Source of the DNA: Candidatus Lustribacter sp.
Lineage (GTDB): Bacteria; Vulcanimicrobiota; Vulcanimicrobiia; Vulcanimicrobiales; Vulcanimicrobiaceae
DNA length: 64,000 bases
Reading direction: 5' to 3'
Assembly: GCA_965277805.1 (NCBI GenBank)
Contig: OZ255842.1
Location: forward strand, 1,472,001 to 1,536,000
Part shown: positions 20,716-29,533 of the stretch, piece after piece
Numbering within the stretch: the first letter of the stretch is position 1
How the letters are laid out: each line of letters begins with the position of its first letter
Translations under genes and position numbers: made by a program
The notes under the pieces: generated by a model
What the model was told of the DNA's origin: nothing
Databases searched by the model: none
What the model saw: only the letters and a program-made list of their open reading frames with translations

Positions 20716-21348
20716 ATGTTCTCGCGGATTGCCGGCACGTTGCTCGAACGCGACGGCGAAGCCGTTCGCCTCGAAACGGGCGGGCTCACGTACGACATCG
20801 TGCTGCCGCCGAGCGTGGCCGGCAAGATCGACGTTGCGGCCGGCGCACCCTTGGCGCTCGAGGTCTACGCGCAGCTGCAGATCGACGGCAACTCCGGGCG
20901 TTACGTCTTTTTCGGTTTCACGAACACGGTCGAGCGCGAATTCTTCGAAGCGTTGATCTCGGTCGCCGGCGTCGGTCCGAAGGCTGCTTCGCGCGCGTTC
21001 TCGGCGCCGATGGGCCGGATCGCGCGTGCGATCGATGCCGGCGACCACGTCTTTCTCAAGACGTTGCCGGGGATCGGCCAGCAGAAGGCGCGCGACATCG
21101 TGGCGAAACTCCAGGGTAAAGTGGGACGCTTCTTGCTGATCCAAGATGCACCGCCGCGCCCCGAAGCCGCGGCGATGCCCGATTTTGCGGCCGAAGCGCT
21201 GGCGGTGCTGCTGCAACTCGCCTATCGCCGCCCCGAAGCCGAGGCGATGATCACCGAAACGCTCGCCGCCGCACCGCAGGTCCGCGACGCCGAAACGCTG
21301 CTGGCCGAAATCTACCGCCAGCGCAATCGCGAAGGCGCACCCAAGTGA
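20716..21348 (+). CDS. ruvA: Holliday junction branch migration protein A
   Basis: FFGF, LISVAGVGPK, LPGIG HhH motifs; between ruvC and ruvB. Confidence 0.93.
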   Translation: MFSRIAGTLLERDGEAVRLETGGLTYDIVLPPSVAGKIDVAAGAPLALEVYAQLQIDGNSGRYVFFGFTNTVEREFFEALISVAGVGPKAASRAFSAPMGRIARAIDAGDHVFLKTLPGIGQQKARDIVAKLQGKVGRFLLIQDAPPRPEAAAMPDFAAEALAVLLQLAYRRPEAEAMITETLAAAPQVRDAETLLAEIYRQRNREGAPK

Positions 21349-22415
21349 GCAGCGGCGACGTGCGCAAGAAGATCATCGGTCCGGGCGATGCCGAACCGCG
21401 CGCGATCGACGGCGATGCATCGCTCGAAGATGCGGTGTACGGTGCGACCTTGCGGCCGCGCACGTTCGAAGACTACGTCGGACAGCGGCAGATCGTCGAG
21501 AACCTGCGCATCGCGATCGATGCCTCGAAGCGGCGCGGCGAACCGCTCGAACACGTGCTGTTCTCGGGACCGCCCGGGCTCGGCAAGACGACGCTCGCAA
21601 ATCTGATCGCGAAAGAGCTCGGCGGTACGCTGCACGGATCGTCGGGACCGACGCTCGAGAAGCCGAAGGACCTGGTCGGCATCCTGACCGCGCTCGAGGC
21701 CGGCGACGTGCTCTTCATCGATGAGATCCACCGGCTCGGTGCGGTCGTCGAAGAATACTTGTACCCGGCGATGGAAGATTTCCAGATCGACTTCGTGGTC
21801 GATCGCGGCGCCTACGCCAAGACGCTCAAGCTGCCGCTCAAGCGGTTCACGCTGGTCGGCGCGACGACGCGTGCGGGCATGCTCTCGGCGCCGCTGCGCG
21901 ATCGCTTCGGGCTGATGTACCACCTCGATTACTACGAACCGGCTGAGCTGCAGCACATCGTCGAGCGCAGCGCGCGCGTGCTCGAAGTGCGCATCGAAAC
22001 CGACGGCGCCGCGACGATCGCACAGCGCAGCCGGGGCACGCCGCGCATTGCCAACCGTTTGTTGCGGCGCGTGCGCGACTTCGCCGAAGTGCGTGCCGAC
22101 GGCATCGTGACGCGCGAGGTCGCCGACGAGGCGCTGCGGCGCGAGGGCGTCGACGAGCGCGGCCTCGACCGGCTCGATCGCGCCTACCTGAAGACAATAG
22201 CGGAAGGCTACGGCGGGGGGCCGGTAGGCATCAACGCGATCGCCGCGACGCTCACTGAAGATCTCGAGACGCTCGAGGACGTCGTCGAGCCGTATCTGCT
22301 CAAGATCGGTTTCGTGCAGCGCACCGCTAACGGCCGCAAGACGACGGCCGCGGCCTTCGCGCACTTGGGCTTGACCGCGCCGGCCGGCATCGACCAGCCG
22401 GGGCTGTTCACGTGA
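21345..22415 (+). CDS. ruvB: Holliday junction branch migration helicase B
   Basis: LRPRTFEDYVGQ, GPPGLGKTT, FIDEIHRL, GATTRAG, RGTPRIANRLL. Confidence 0.98.
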   Translation: MSSGDVRKKIIGPGDAEPRAIDGDASLEDAVYGATLRPRTFEDYVGQRQIVENLRIAIDASKRRGEPLEHVLFSGPPGLGKTTLANLIAKELGGTLHGSSGPTLEKPKDLVGILTALEAGDVLFIDEIHRLGAVVEEYLYPAMEDFQIDFVVDRGAYAKTLKLPLKRFTLVGATTRAGMLSAPLRDRFGLMYHLDYYEPAELQHIVERSARVLEVRIETDGAATIAQRSRGTPRIANRLLRRVRDFAEVRADGIVTREVADEALRREGVDERGLDRLDRAYLKTIAEGYGGGPVGINAIAATLTEDLETLEDVVEPYLLKIGFVQRTANGRKTTAAAFAHLGLTAPAGIDQPGLFT

Positions 22416-23368
22416 TCGGCCGGGCGCTGTTCCTCAAGAGCCTGATCGTGGCAACGGGCGGCTTGGATATTTGGGATCCGCCGGGTCCGGACTTTCCGGC
22501 GACCCCGCCGACCCCGGCGCCCGTTCCGCTGCCGCCGGGCGCGCAGAGCCCCTTAGGATCGGTGATCCGGGTCCAACTCGCCAACGGTACGATCGAGACG
22601 CTCGACGTCGAGAAGTATCTCTATGGCGTCGTGCCGCTGGAGTCGCCGCCGAGCTGGCCGCCGGCCGCCCTGCAAGCACAGGCGATCGTGGCCCGGACCT
22701 ATGCGTTGCAGAAGCGTACGCTCTCGCGCGCCTTCGACGTCGTCGCGACGGACGCCGATCAGCGCTACGGCGGCGTGACCGCCGAACATCCTGCCAGCAG
22801 CGCCGCCGTCGATGCGACGCGCGGGCAAACGCTCGGCTTTCTCGGAGGACCAGCAAGTGTGTTCTATAGCGCGTGCTGCGGCGGCCACACCGCCGATGCC
22901 AACGAGCTGTGGGGGCATGCCGGGCTGTCGTATCTGCGCGGCGTCGACGATCCGTACTGCACGGCCGCACCGGATTATCGCTGGCAGCGGACGCTGCCGC
23001 TCGATCGCGCCCGGGCTGCGCTGGCCGATAAGCTCGCCGGCAGCCCGCAAGCGGCCGAGCTCGACGATCCCGACGATTCGGGGCGCCCGCGGACGGTGAC
23101 TTTTCGCGGAGACGGGGGAAGCGTGCTTGCGCTCAGCGTGAGCGACGTGCGCAGCCGCTTCGGGCCCGATACGGTGCGCAGCCTCTGGCTTCGTGAGATC
23201 GACTTCGATCGTACGCAGGCCGTACCGCTCGTCGTCATCGAAGGCTCGGGCCGTGGGCACGGTGTTGGTCTCTGTCAGTGGGGTGCGCGCGGCATGGCTC
23301 TTAATGGAGCCGGCGCGGCGGCTATTCTTGCCCACTATTTCCCGGGCACTGCGGTGACCGGTGGCTGA
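22412..23368 (+). CDS. SpoIID/LytB domain protein (lytic transglycosylase-like)
   Basis: EKYLYGVVPLE, ALQAQAIVARTYA, DQRY, YSACCGGHT, GHGVGLCQWGA, ILAHYFPG. Confidence 0.92.
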   Translation: MIGRALFLKSLIVATGGLDIWDPPGPDFPATPPTPAPVPLPPGAQSPLGSVIRVQLANGTIETLDVEKYLYGVVPLESPPSWPPAALQAQAIVARTYALQKRTLSRAFDVVATDADQRYGGVTAEHPASSAAVDATRGQTLGFLGGPASVFYSACCGGHTADANELWGHAGLSYLRGVDDPYCTAAPDYRWQRTLPLDRARAALADKLAGSPQAAELDDPDDSGRPRTVTFRGDGGSVLALSVSDVRSRFGPDTVRSLWLREIDFDRTQAVPLVVIEGSGRGHGVGLCQWGARGMALNGAGAAAILAHYFPGTAVTGG

Positions 23369-23729
23369 TCAGGAAAAACGCAAGGCAGCCGGGGCCCTTC
23401 GTCTACGTAAATACATCCCCGTCAGCGTTGAGGAAAAGCTGACCTTCACGCTGTTCCGGGCCTCGATTGCCGACATTTCGGCGACCGGCGCGCGCTTGAT
23501 CACGAGCGAATTCCTTTCCAAGGGAACGCGCTGGGTCATCACGATGAAAGAGACGCCGCACCTGACGCTCGCAGCGGAGGTGCGCTGGGTGAAGATGGAT
23601 CAGAATCCGCGGCCGGGTGCCAACCCGCAATTCCAAGTCGGCATGCAATTTCTCCAGGTGAACGCGGAAGACGCGAAGCGCATCACGGCCTACTTGGAAT
23701 TCGAAAAAGCACGCTCAGAGAAAATCTAA
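23361..23729 (+). CDS. PilZ domain protein (putative c-di-GMP receptor)
   Basis: EKR...R N-terminus, DISATG (D/NxSxxG), AEVRW, VGMQF. Confidence 0.8.
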   Translation: MADQEKRKAAGALRLRKYIPVSVEEKLTFTLFRASIADISATGARLITSEFLSKGTRWVITMKETPHLTLAAEVRWVKMDQNPRPGANPQFQVGMQFLQVNAEDAKRITAYLEFEKARSEKI

Positions 23730-24818
23730 ATCAGCGATCGCCTCGACGACGCGTCGGCGTACGCGTACGATTTGCCTGAAGAGCGCATCGCGCGGACGCC
23801 GGCGGAACGGCGCGAAGATGCAAAGCTGCTCGTCCTCGGACCGCACGGCGAATTGCACGACCGCACGTTCGCTGCGTTCCCCGAACAGCTGCGCCGCGGC
23901 GACGTGCTCGTGCTCAACGAAACGCGGGTCATCCCGGCCCGGCTGCGCTTCGCTCGTCCCGGCGGCGGCGCGGGTGAATTGCTTCTGCTGCGCCCGGCCG
24001 ACCGCGATGCCTTCGCGTTCGACGCGCGGAGGTGGTATGCGCTGGTGCGTCCGGCGAAACGGCTGCCGGCCGGAACGCGCCTGACGGCCGGCGGCGCGGG
24101 CCTCGCGATCGAAGCGGTCGCGAGCGACGGGCGGCGGATCGTGCGCTTCGATGACGGCGTCGACATCGCGGAATTGCTCGAGCGCGCGGGCGAACTGCCG
24201 CTGCCCCCCTACGTCGGACCCGGCGACGACGCGCGTGCGGCCCGCTACCAGACGGTCTTCGCGCGGGTCCCGGGCAGCGTCGCCGCGCCGACCGCCTCGC
24301 TCCACTTCACCGAAACCGTGCTCGCCGCGATCGCCGCCCGCGGGGTCGAAATCGTGCGGCTGACGCTCGATGTCGGGATCGGAACGTTCCGGCCGATGCG
24401 CGAGGGTCCCATCGCCGCGCACAAGATGCACGGCGAGCGCTACGGCATCTCCACGGAGACGGCTGCCGCCGTCAACCGCGCGAAGGCCGAGGGCCGGCGC
24501 GTGATCGCGGCCGGCACGACTGTGGTTCGGGCGCTCGAGGGCGCCGCCTTGGCGGATGGTACCGTTCACTCCGGCTCCGCCGAAACGGACCTTTTTATCA
24601 CCCCGGGGTTCCGGTTCCGGGTCGTGGACGCGCTGCTGACGAACTTCCACCTGCCCCAGTCGACGCTGCTGGTGCTGGTGAGCGCGTTTGCCGGTTACGA
24701 GCGGACGCGCGCCGCCTATGCGGCAGCCATCGCCCGGGATTACCGATTCTTTTCGTTCGGCGACGCGATGTTCGCAGAACGCACCGACCCGAAGCCGAAG
24801 GAAAGCCGTCATGGGTGA
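23730..24818 (+). CDS. queA: S-adenosylmethionine:tRNA ribosyltransferase-isomerase (start uncertain: ATC 23730 or TTG 23772)
   Basis: YDLPEERIA, LVLNETRVIPARL, GELPLPPY, YQTVFA, GSVAAPTASLHF, GTFRP, GTTVVRALE, TNFHLPQS, YRFFSFGDAM. Confidence 0.96.
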   Translation: MSDRLDDASAYAYDLPEERIARTPAERREDAKLLVLGPHGELHDRTFAAFPEQLRRGDVLVLNETRVIPARLRFARPGGGAGELLLLRPADRDAFAFDARRWYALVRPAKRLPAGTRLTAGGAGLAIEAVASDGRRIVRFDDGVDIAELLERAGELPLPPYVGPGDDARAARYQTVFARVPGSVAAPTASLHFTETVLAAIAARGVEIVRLTLDVGIGTFRPMREGPIAAHKMHGERYGISTETAAAVNRAKAEGRRVIAAGTTVVRALEGAALADGTVHSGSAETDLFITPGFRFRVVDALLTNFHLPQSTLLVLVSAFAGYERTRAAYAAAIARDYRFFSFGDAMFAERTDPKPKESRHG

Positions 24819-25164
24819 CACCCCGATCCTGGAAATCTCGCGTCTCGAGGAGATCTTCGAAGACGACTCGGCGGGGATCGCCGATCTGCTCGAAGCGGCG
24901 ATGGGAACCGGGGCCACCAATCAGGCCACGCTGCGCGATGCGCTCGCGCGGCACGCGCTCGATGACGTCATGCGGGCGGCCCACGCGATCAAGGGTAGCA
25001 CCGCCAACATCGGCGGCAACGAGGTCGCGGCGGTCGCCGCCCGGATCGAGGATGCCGCACGGGCGCAAACGTGGGACGGGATCGAGCCCGCGGCAATCGA
25101 ACTCGACGAAGCCTACGAGCGCTTGCGCGAGGCCGTTCGCGCATATCGAGCGGGAATTACGTGA
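24811..25164 (+). CDS. Stand-alone Hpt (histidine phosphotransfer) protein
   Basis: AAHAIKGSTANIGG motif; all-helical; 117 aa. Confidence 0.9.
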   Translation: MGDTPILEISRLEEIFEDDSAGIADLLEAAMGTGATNQATLRDALARHALDDVMRAAHAIKGSTANIGGNEVAAVAARIEDAARAQTWDGIEPAAIELDEAYERLREAVRAYRAGIT

Positions 25165-26231
25165 ACAGCAACGCCAACAGCACGCCGAACAAAGTCCTCG
25201 TCGTGGACGATGTCGAGACCAACCTCACGGTCTTCGCCAAGGTCGTTGCGCAAATTCCCGAGACCGAGGCCGTGTGCTTCACCTCCGCGGTCAAGGCGCT
25301 CGAATGGGCGAGTCAAAACGAGTGCGTGCTCATCATCGTCGATCAGAGCATGCCCGAACTGAGCGGCATCGAGTTCATCTCGCAAGTCCGCGCGCGCGGC
25401 AACAGCTACACGCCGATCGTGATGATCACCGGGCACAGCGAGAAAGAACTGCAGCGCGAAGCACTCAAGCTGGGAGCCTCGGCGTTCTTGGGCAAGCCGG
25501 TCGATCCGGTGGCGTTCGTCAGCCTGGCACGCAATCTGATCCAGCTGCGCGGCGCGCGCCTGGAAACGATGGCGAAGGCCGGCGCGGCCCACGCCGATCA
25601 GCAATCGGCAACCGAAGCGCTCTTCGCACAAGAGCGCGCCACGCTCGAAGCACTGGTGAAGATCATCGATCTGCGCGACCCGCGCACCGGCGACCACTGC
25701 CGGCGCGTCGCGCTCTTCAGCGAAGCGATTGCGAGCAAGCTGGGCCTCTCAATGATCGAGGTAACGCAGCTGGCGCAAGCCGCGCGCATCCACGACATCG
25801 GCAAACTATCGATGCCCGATCGCGTGCTCTACAAGACATCGCGACTGCTCGGTGAGGAGCGCGATGCGGCGAAGAAGCACGTGATCGACGGAACCGCGAT
25901 GCTGGCCGGTCTCAATACGCCGATCCTGCATGCCGCAGCCGAGATCGTGCACTCGCATCACGAACGCTTCGATGGCTCCGGCTACCCGGCAAAACTGGCC
26001 GGACCCGCCATACCGCTTTTCGCGCGCATCGTCGCAGTGGCCGACACGTTCTCGGCGCTCACCTCGCGTCGCCCGTGGCGCGAGGCCGCTTCGGTAAGCA
26101 TCGCCGTCGAACAGATCGAGAAAGAATCGGGCTTCGGGTTCGAGCCGAAGATCGTCGGCGCGTTCCGGGACGTGATGCCGGAGTTGCTCGACATCCGGGC
26201 CGAAGTTCCGGATCTCGTCGCCGCGAAGTGA
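25161..26231 (+). CDS. REC + HD-GYP response regulator (RpfG-like c-di-GMP phosphodiesterase)
   Basis: VLVVDD, IIVDQSMP, TG, KP receiver; TGDHCRRV, HDIGK, HHERFDGSGYP, ARIVAVADTF. Confidence 0.92.
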   Translation: MNSNANSTPNKVLVVDDVETNLTVFAKVVAQIPETEAVCFTSAVKALEWASQNECVLIIVDQSMPELSGIEFISQVRARGNSYTPIVMITGHSEKELQREALKLGASAFLGKPVDPVAFVSLARNLIQLRGARLETMAKAGAAHADQQSATEALFAQERATLEALVKIIDLRDPRTGDHCRRVALFSEAIASKLGLSMIEVTQLAQAARIHDIGKLSMPDRVLYKTSRLLGEERDAAKKHVIDGTAMLAGLNTPILHAAAEIVHSHHERFDGSGYPAKLAGPAIPLFARIVAVADTFSALTSRRPWREAASVSIAVEQIEKESGFGFEPKIVGAFRDVMPELLDIRAEVPDLVAAK

Positions 26232-26335
26232 GTTAAGCGAGCGCTCAACGCCGTTGTCGCCTCGTGCGACTCGCGGACCGAAATAACCGTGCCTTAACGC
26301 TTGGCCGGTGCCTAAAGTGACCATGTTGTGGTACG

Positions 26336-27919
26336 ATGGGGTACAATGGAATTGCCAGGCATGCGCTGAGCACGCGTCTTGTCATTGCCACTCGGGTGTG
26401 GCGTGACGTCTCTGGACGCGGTAAAGGCGTTCCGGAATTATCGCGTGCCAACGCCGAACTGACGCGCAAAATTTCCGAACTCGAGCAGAAGTTGGCGGAG
26501 CGTACGACCGCACGCGACGACGTTGCTCGCGAACAGGCGCTCACCGAACTCGCGCGCACTAACGCTGAACTCAAGCAGCGCTTGGCCGAACGGACGATCG
26601 AACGCGACGACGTCGCACGCGAAGAAGCCCTCGCCGAGCTGGCGCGCACGAACGCCGAACTCAAGCAGCGCCTGGCCGAGCGCACGATCGAACGCGACGA
26701 CGTCGCACGCGAAGAAGCCCTCGCCGAGCTGGCGCGCACCAACGCCGAACTCAAGCAGCGGCTGGCCGAACGCACGATCGAACGCGATGACGTCGCCCGT
26801 GAAGAAGCCGTCGCGGAGCTGTTGCGCACCAACGCCGAGTTGAAGCAACGCCTCGCCAAACGCACGATCGAACGCGACGACGCGGCGCGTGAGGAAGCCC
26901 TGACGCAGCTCTCGCGCACGAACGCCGAGCTGAAACAGCAGTTGGCCGCGCGGACGATCGAGCGCGACGACGCGGCGCGCGAGGAAGCGGTCACGGAGCT
27001 CTTACGCACCAACGCCGAACTCAAGCAGCGGCTGGCCGAGCGGACGATCGAGCGCGACGATGTCGCTCGCGAGGAAGCGGTCACGGAGCTCTTGCGCACC
27101 AACGCCGAACTCAAGCAGCGGCTGGCCGAACGGACGATCGAACGCGACGATGTCGCCCGCGAAGAAGCCGTCACGGAGCTGTTGCGCACGGACACGGCGG
27201 AAGAACAGTCGCGCGTGCACGCAGCCGAACTCGAAGTGCTCAACGACGAGCTGGAAAGTTTCAGCTATACCGTCTCGCACGATCTGCGCTCACCGCTGCG
27301 CGCCGTGCTGGCCTATACCAGCGCACTCGAGGAAGATTACAGTTCGCTGCTCGACGAGGAGGGACGGCGGCTCTTGAACGTCGTGCACGCCGAGGCCGGC
27401 CGCATGGGCGATTTGATCGACGATCTCTTGGCCTTCTCGCAACTCGGCCGGAAGCATATCGTGAGCGTGCCGATCGACATGGACAGCCTCGTTCGCGAAG
27501 TCGTCAAAGCCCAAACGCAAATGGGCGGCGAGGGCGCCGTCTTCGACATCGGCCCGCTGCCGAGCGTGCGCGGCGACCGGTCGCTGCTGCGTCAGGTCTG
27601 GACGAACCTTATTTCAAACGGCCTCAAATATTCGAGCAAGAAGGATCATCCGAACGTGCACATCTGGGCCGTCACCGAAGAGAACCGCGTCGTCTACAAC
27701 GTGCAAGACGACGGCGTCGGCTTCGACATGGCGTACGCCGACAAGCTCTTCGGCGTCTTTCAACGGCTGCACCGCAGCGAAGAATTTGCCGGCACCGGCG
27801 TGGGCCTCGCGATCGCGCAGCGCGTCGTGGAGCGCCACGGCGGCACCATCTGGGCCGACGCCAAACTCGGCGAGGGTGCCACCTTTTCATTTGCACTTCC
27901 TAGTGGAGAAAATGCATGA
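26336..27919 (+). CDS. Cph1/BphP-type histidine kinase with N-terminal tandem 30-aa coiled-coil repeats and no sensor domain (start uncertain)
   Basis: ELESFSYTVSHDLRSPL H-box, WTNLISNGLKY N-box, DDGVGF, LFGVFQRLH, GTGVGL; no TM or PAS/GAF seen upstream. Confidence 0.92.
   Translation: MGYNGIARHALSTRLVIATRVWRDVSGRGKGVPELSRANAELTRKISELEQKLAERTTARDDVAREQALTELARTNAELKQRLAERTIERDDVAREEALAELARTNAELKQRLAERTIERDDVAREEALAELARTNAELKQRLAERTIERDDVAREEAVAELLRTNAELKQRLAKRTIERDDAAREEALTQLSRTNAELKQQLAARTIERDDAAREEAVTELLRTNAELKQRLAERTIERDDVAREEAVTELLRTNAELKQRLAERTIERDDVAREEAVTELLRTDTAEEQSRVHAAELEVLNDELESFSYTVSHDLRSPLRAVLAYTSALEEDYSSLLDEEGRRLLNVVHAEAGRMGDLIDDLLAFSQLGRKHIVSVPIDMDSLVREVVKAQTQMGGEGAVFDIGPLPSVRGDRSLLRQVWTNLISNGLKYSSKKDHPNVHIWAVTEENRVVYNVQDDGVGFDMAYADKLFGVFQRLHRSEEFAGTGVGLAIAQRVVERHGGTIWADAKLGEGATFSFALPSGENA
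26450..27190 (+). repeat. Intragenic tandem repeat: seven 90-bp units preceded by one diverged 111-bp unit
   Basis: AACGCYGAR unit starts at 26561, 26651, 26741, 26831, 26921, 27011, 27101; consensus NAELKQRLAERTIERDDVAREEA(L/V)(A/T)EL(A/L)RT. Confidence 0.97.
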
Positions 27920-28359
27920 GCGAGTTCGACGACGTCGAGATCCTCTTAGTCGAGGATAATCGGCAAGACGCCGAGATGACGATTCGCGCGTTGAAGAAGT
28001 GCAGCATTCTCAACAAACTCTTCTGGGCGAAGGACGGGGTCGAGGCGCTGGATTTCGTTCGCTGTCAAGGAGCTTACGAAGGCCGCGACCCGAGTCAAGT
28101 TCCGAAACTGATCCTGCTCGACCTCAAGATGCCGCGCCTCGACGGGCTCGACGTGCTGCGCGCCCTGAAGTCCGACCAGAAAACGCGCCAGATTCCGATC
28201 GTCGCGATGACCTCCTCGAACCAGGAACGCGACGTTACCGAGAGCTACCGGCTCGGGGTCAACGGCTACGTCACGAAACCCGTGCAGTTTGCGGCATTCA
28301 TGGAGGCCGTTGCCAACGTCGGCATGTACTGGCTGTTCGTCAATCAGACCCGGACGTGA
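27916..28359 (+). CDS. Single-domain response regulator, Rcp1-like
   Basis: ILLVEDN, DGVEALDF, ILLDLKMP, TSS, YVTKP, GMYWL. Confidence 0.93.
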   Translation: MSEFDDVEILLVEDNRQDAEMTIRALKKCSILNKLFWAKDGVEALDFVRCQGAYEGRDPSQVPKLILLDLKMPRLDGLDVLRALKSDQKTRQIPIVAMTSSNQERDVTESYRLGVNGYVTKPVQFAAFMEAVANVGMYWLFVNQTRT

Positions 28360-29093
28360 CCGCCGTAAGCGACGAGCAGCAGCGCGCCGCAATCGAAGCG
28401 CTCGAGACCGAACTGGAGAGCATCTGCTACTCGGTCTCGCACGATCTCCGCGCCCCCGTGCGTGCCGTGATCGGATTCGCGCGGGCCCTGGAAGATGAGT
28501 ACGCCGCACGACTCGACGTCGAGGGCCGGCGCTTGCTGCAGGTGGTGGTTAGCGAGGCCGGACGCGTCAATAGCTTGATCGAGCAACTGGTGGCGTTCTC
28601 GCGGTTGGGACGTCAGGCGATGGAATCCATGCCCATCGACATGTCGCTGCTCGCCCGCAGCGTCGCAGCCGAACTTTTCGAGTCGGGCGGCCCGGACCAC
28701 GCAATCCTCGAAATCGACGACTTGCCGGCCGTTAGCGGCGATCGCGCTTTGCTGCGCAGCGTGTGGGAGCACCTGATCGCGAATGCCGCGAAGTTCGCAG
28801 GCCGGCAACCGATTCCGCGGTTGCACATTCACGGGACGGCCGAGCCTGGCCGGGTCATCTATCACGTGCGCGATAACGGGGTCGGCTTCGACATGGCCTA
28901 CGCCGATAAGCTCTTCGGTCTCTTTCAACGCATGCAGAACGATGCGGCCTATCCCGGTACGGGCGTCGGCCTCGCCATGGTGCAGCGGATCGTGCATCGC
29001 CACGGAGGCACCGTTTGGGCCGATGCCAAGCTCGGCGGTGGCGCGACGTTTTCATTCGCGCTGCCGGCCGCATCGCCGCCCGGCGCACGCTGA
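28356..29093 (+). CDS. Sensor-less Cph1-type histidine kinase (HisKA + HATPase only)
   Basis: GTG overlapping upstream TGA; ELESICYSVSHDLRAP near the N-terminus; LIANAAKF, DNGVGF, LFGLFQR, GTGVGL. Confidence 0.88.
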   Translation: MTAVSDEQQRAAIEALETELESICYSVSHDLRAPVRAVIGFARALEDEYAARLDVEGRRLLQVVVSEAGRVNSLIEQLVAFSRLGRQAMESMPIDMSLLARSVAAELFESGGPDHAILEIDDLPAVSGDRALLRSVWEHLIANAAKFAGRQPIPRLHIHGTAEPGRVIYHVRDNGVGFDMAYADKLFGLFQRMQNDAAYPGTGVGLAMVQRIVHRHGGTVWADAKLGGGATFSFALPAASPPGAR

Positions 29094-29533
29094 TGGATGA
29101 GTTTACCGGTATCGAGGTCCTGCTCGTCGAGGACAACGAGCACGATGCGGAACTGACCATGCGCGCCTTCAAGAAATGCAACCTGCTACAAAAGCTCTAT
29201 TGGGTCAAGGATGGAGTGGAGGCGCTTGATTTCATCGCCGGTGCGGGCGCATTCGCGGCGCGCGATGCACAGGAGCTCCCGCGCTTGATCCTGCTCGACT
29301 TGAAAATGCCGCGCTTGAACGGCATCGACGTGTTACGTTCGCTGAAGTCGAACGAGCGTACGCACGCGATCCCCATCGTTGTCATGACATCTTCGAGCGA
29401 ACCGCGTGACCTCGATGAATGTTACAACTTAGGGGTCAACGGCTACGTGGCCAAACCGATCGAGTACACCGGACTCACGGAAGCGGTGGCGCGGATCGGC
29501 ATGTTCTGGCTGCTGGTCAACCGCGTTCCGTGA
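29093..29533 (+). CDS. Single-domain response regulator, Rcp1-like
   Basis: TGATG overlap; VLLVEDN, ILLDLKMP, TSS, AKP, GMFWL. Confidence 0.93.
   Translation: MDEFTGIEVLLVEDNEHDAELTMRAFKKCNLLQKLYWVKDGVEALDFIAGAGAFAARDAQELPRLILLDLKMPRLNGIDVLRSLKSNERTHAIPIVVMTSSSEPRDLDECYNLGVNGYVAKPIEYTGLTEAVARIGMFWLLVNRVP

Noticed and set aside
26450-27190. 90-bp repeat array as a possible CRISPR array
   Set aside because: No unique spacers; units are contiguous, in frame and vary largely at synonymous sites; no cas genes
26245-27243. 332-aa repetitive antisense ORF (Ser/Arg-rich)
   Set aside because: Shadow of the kinase repeat on the opposite strand; composition typical of high-GC antisense frames
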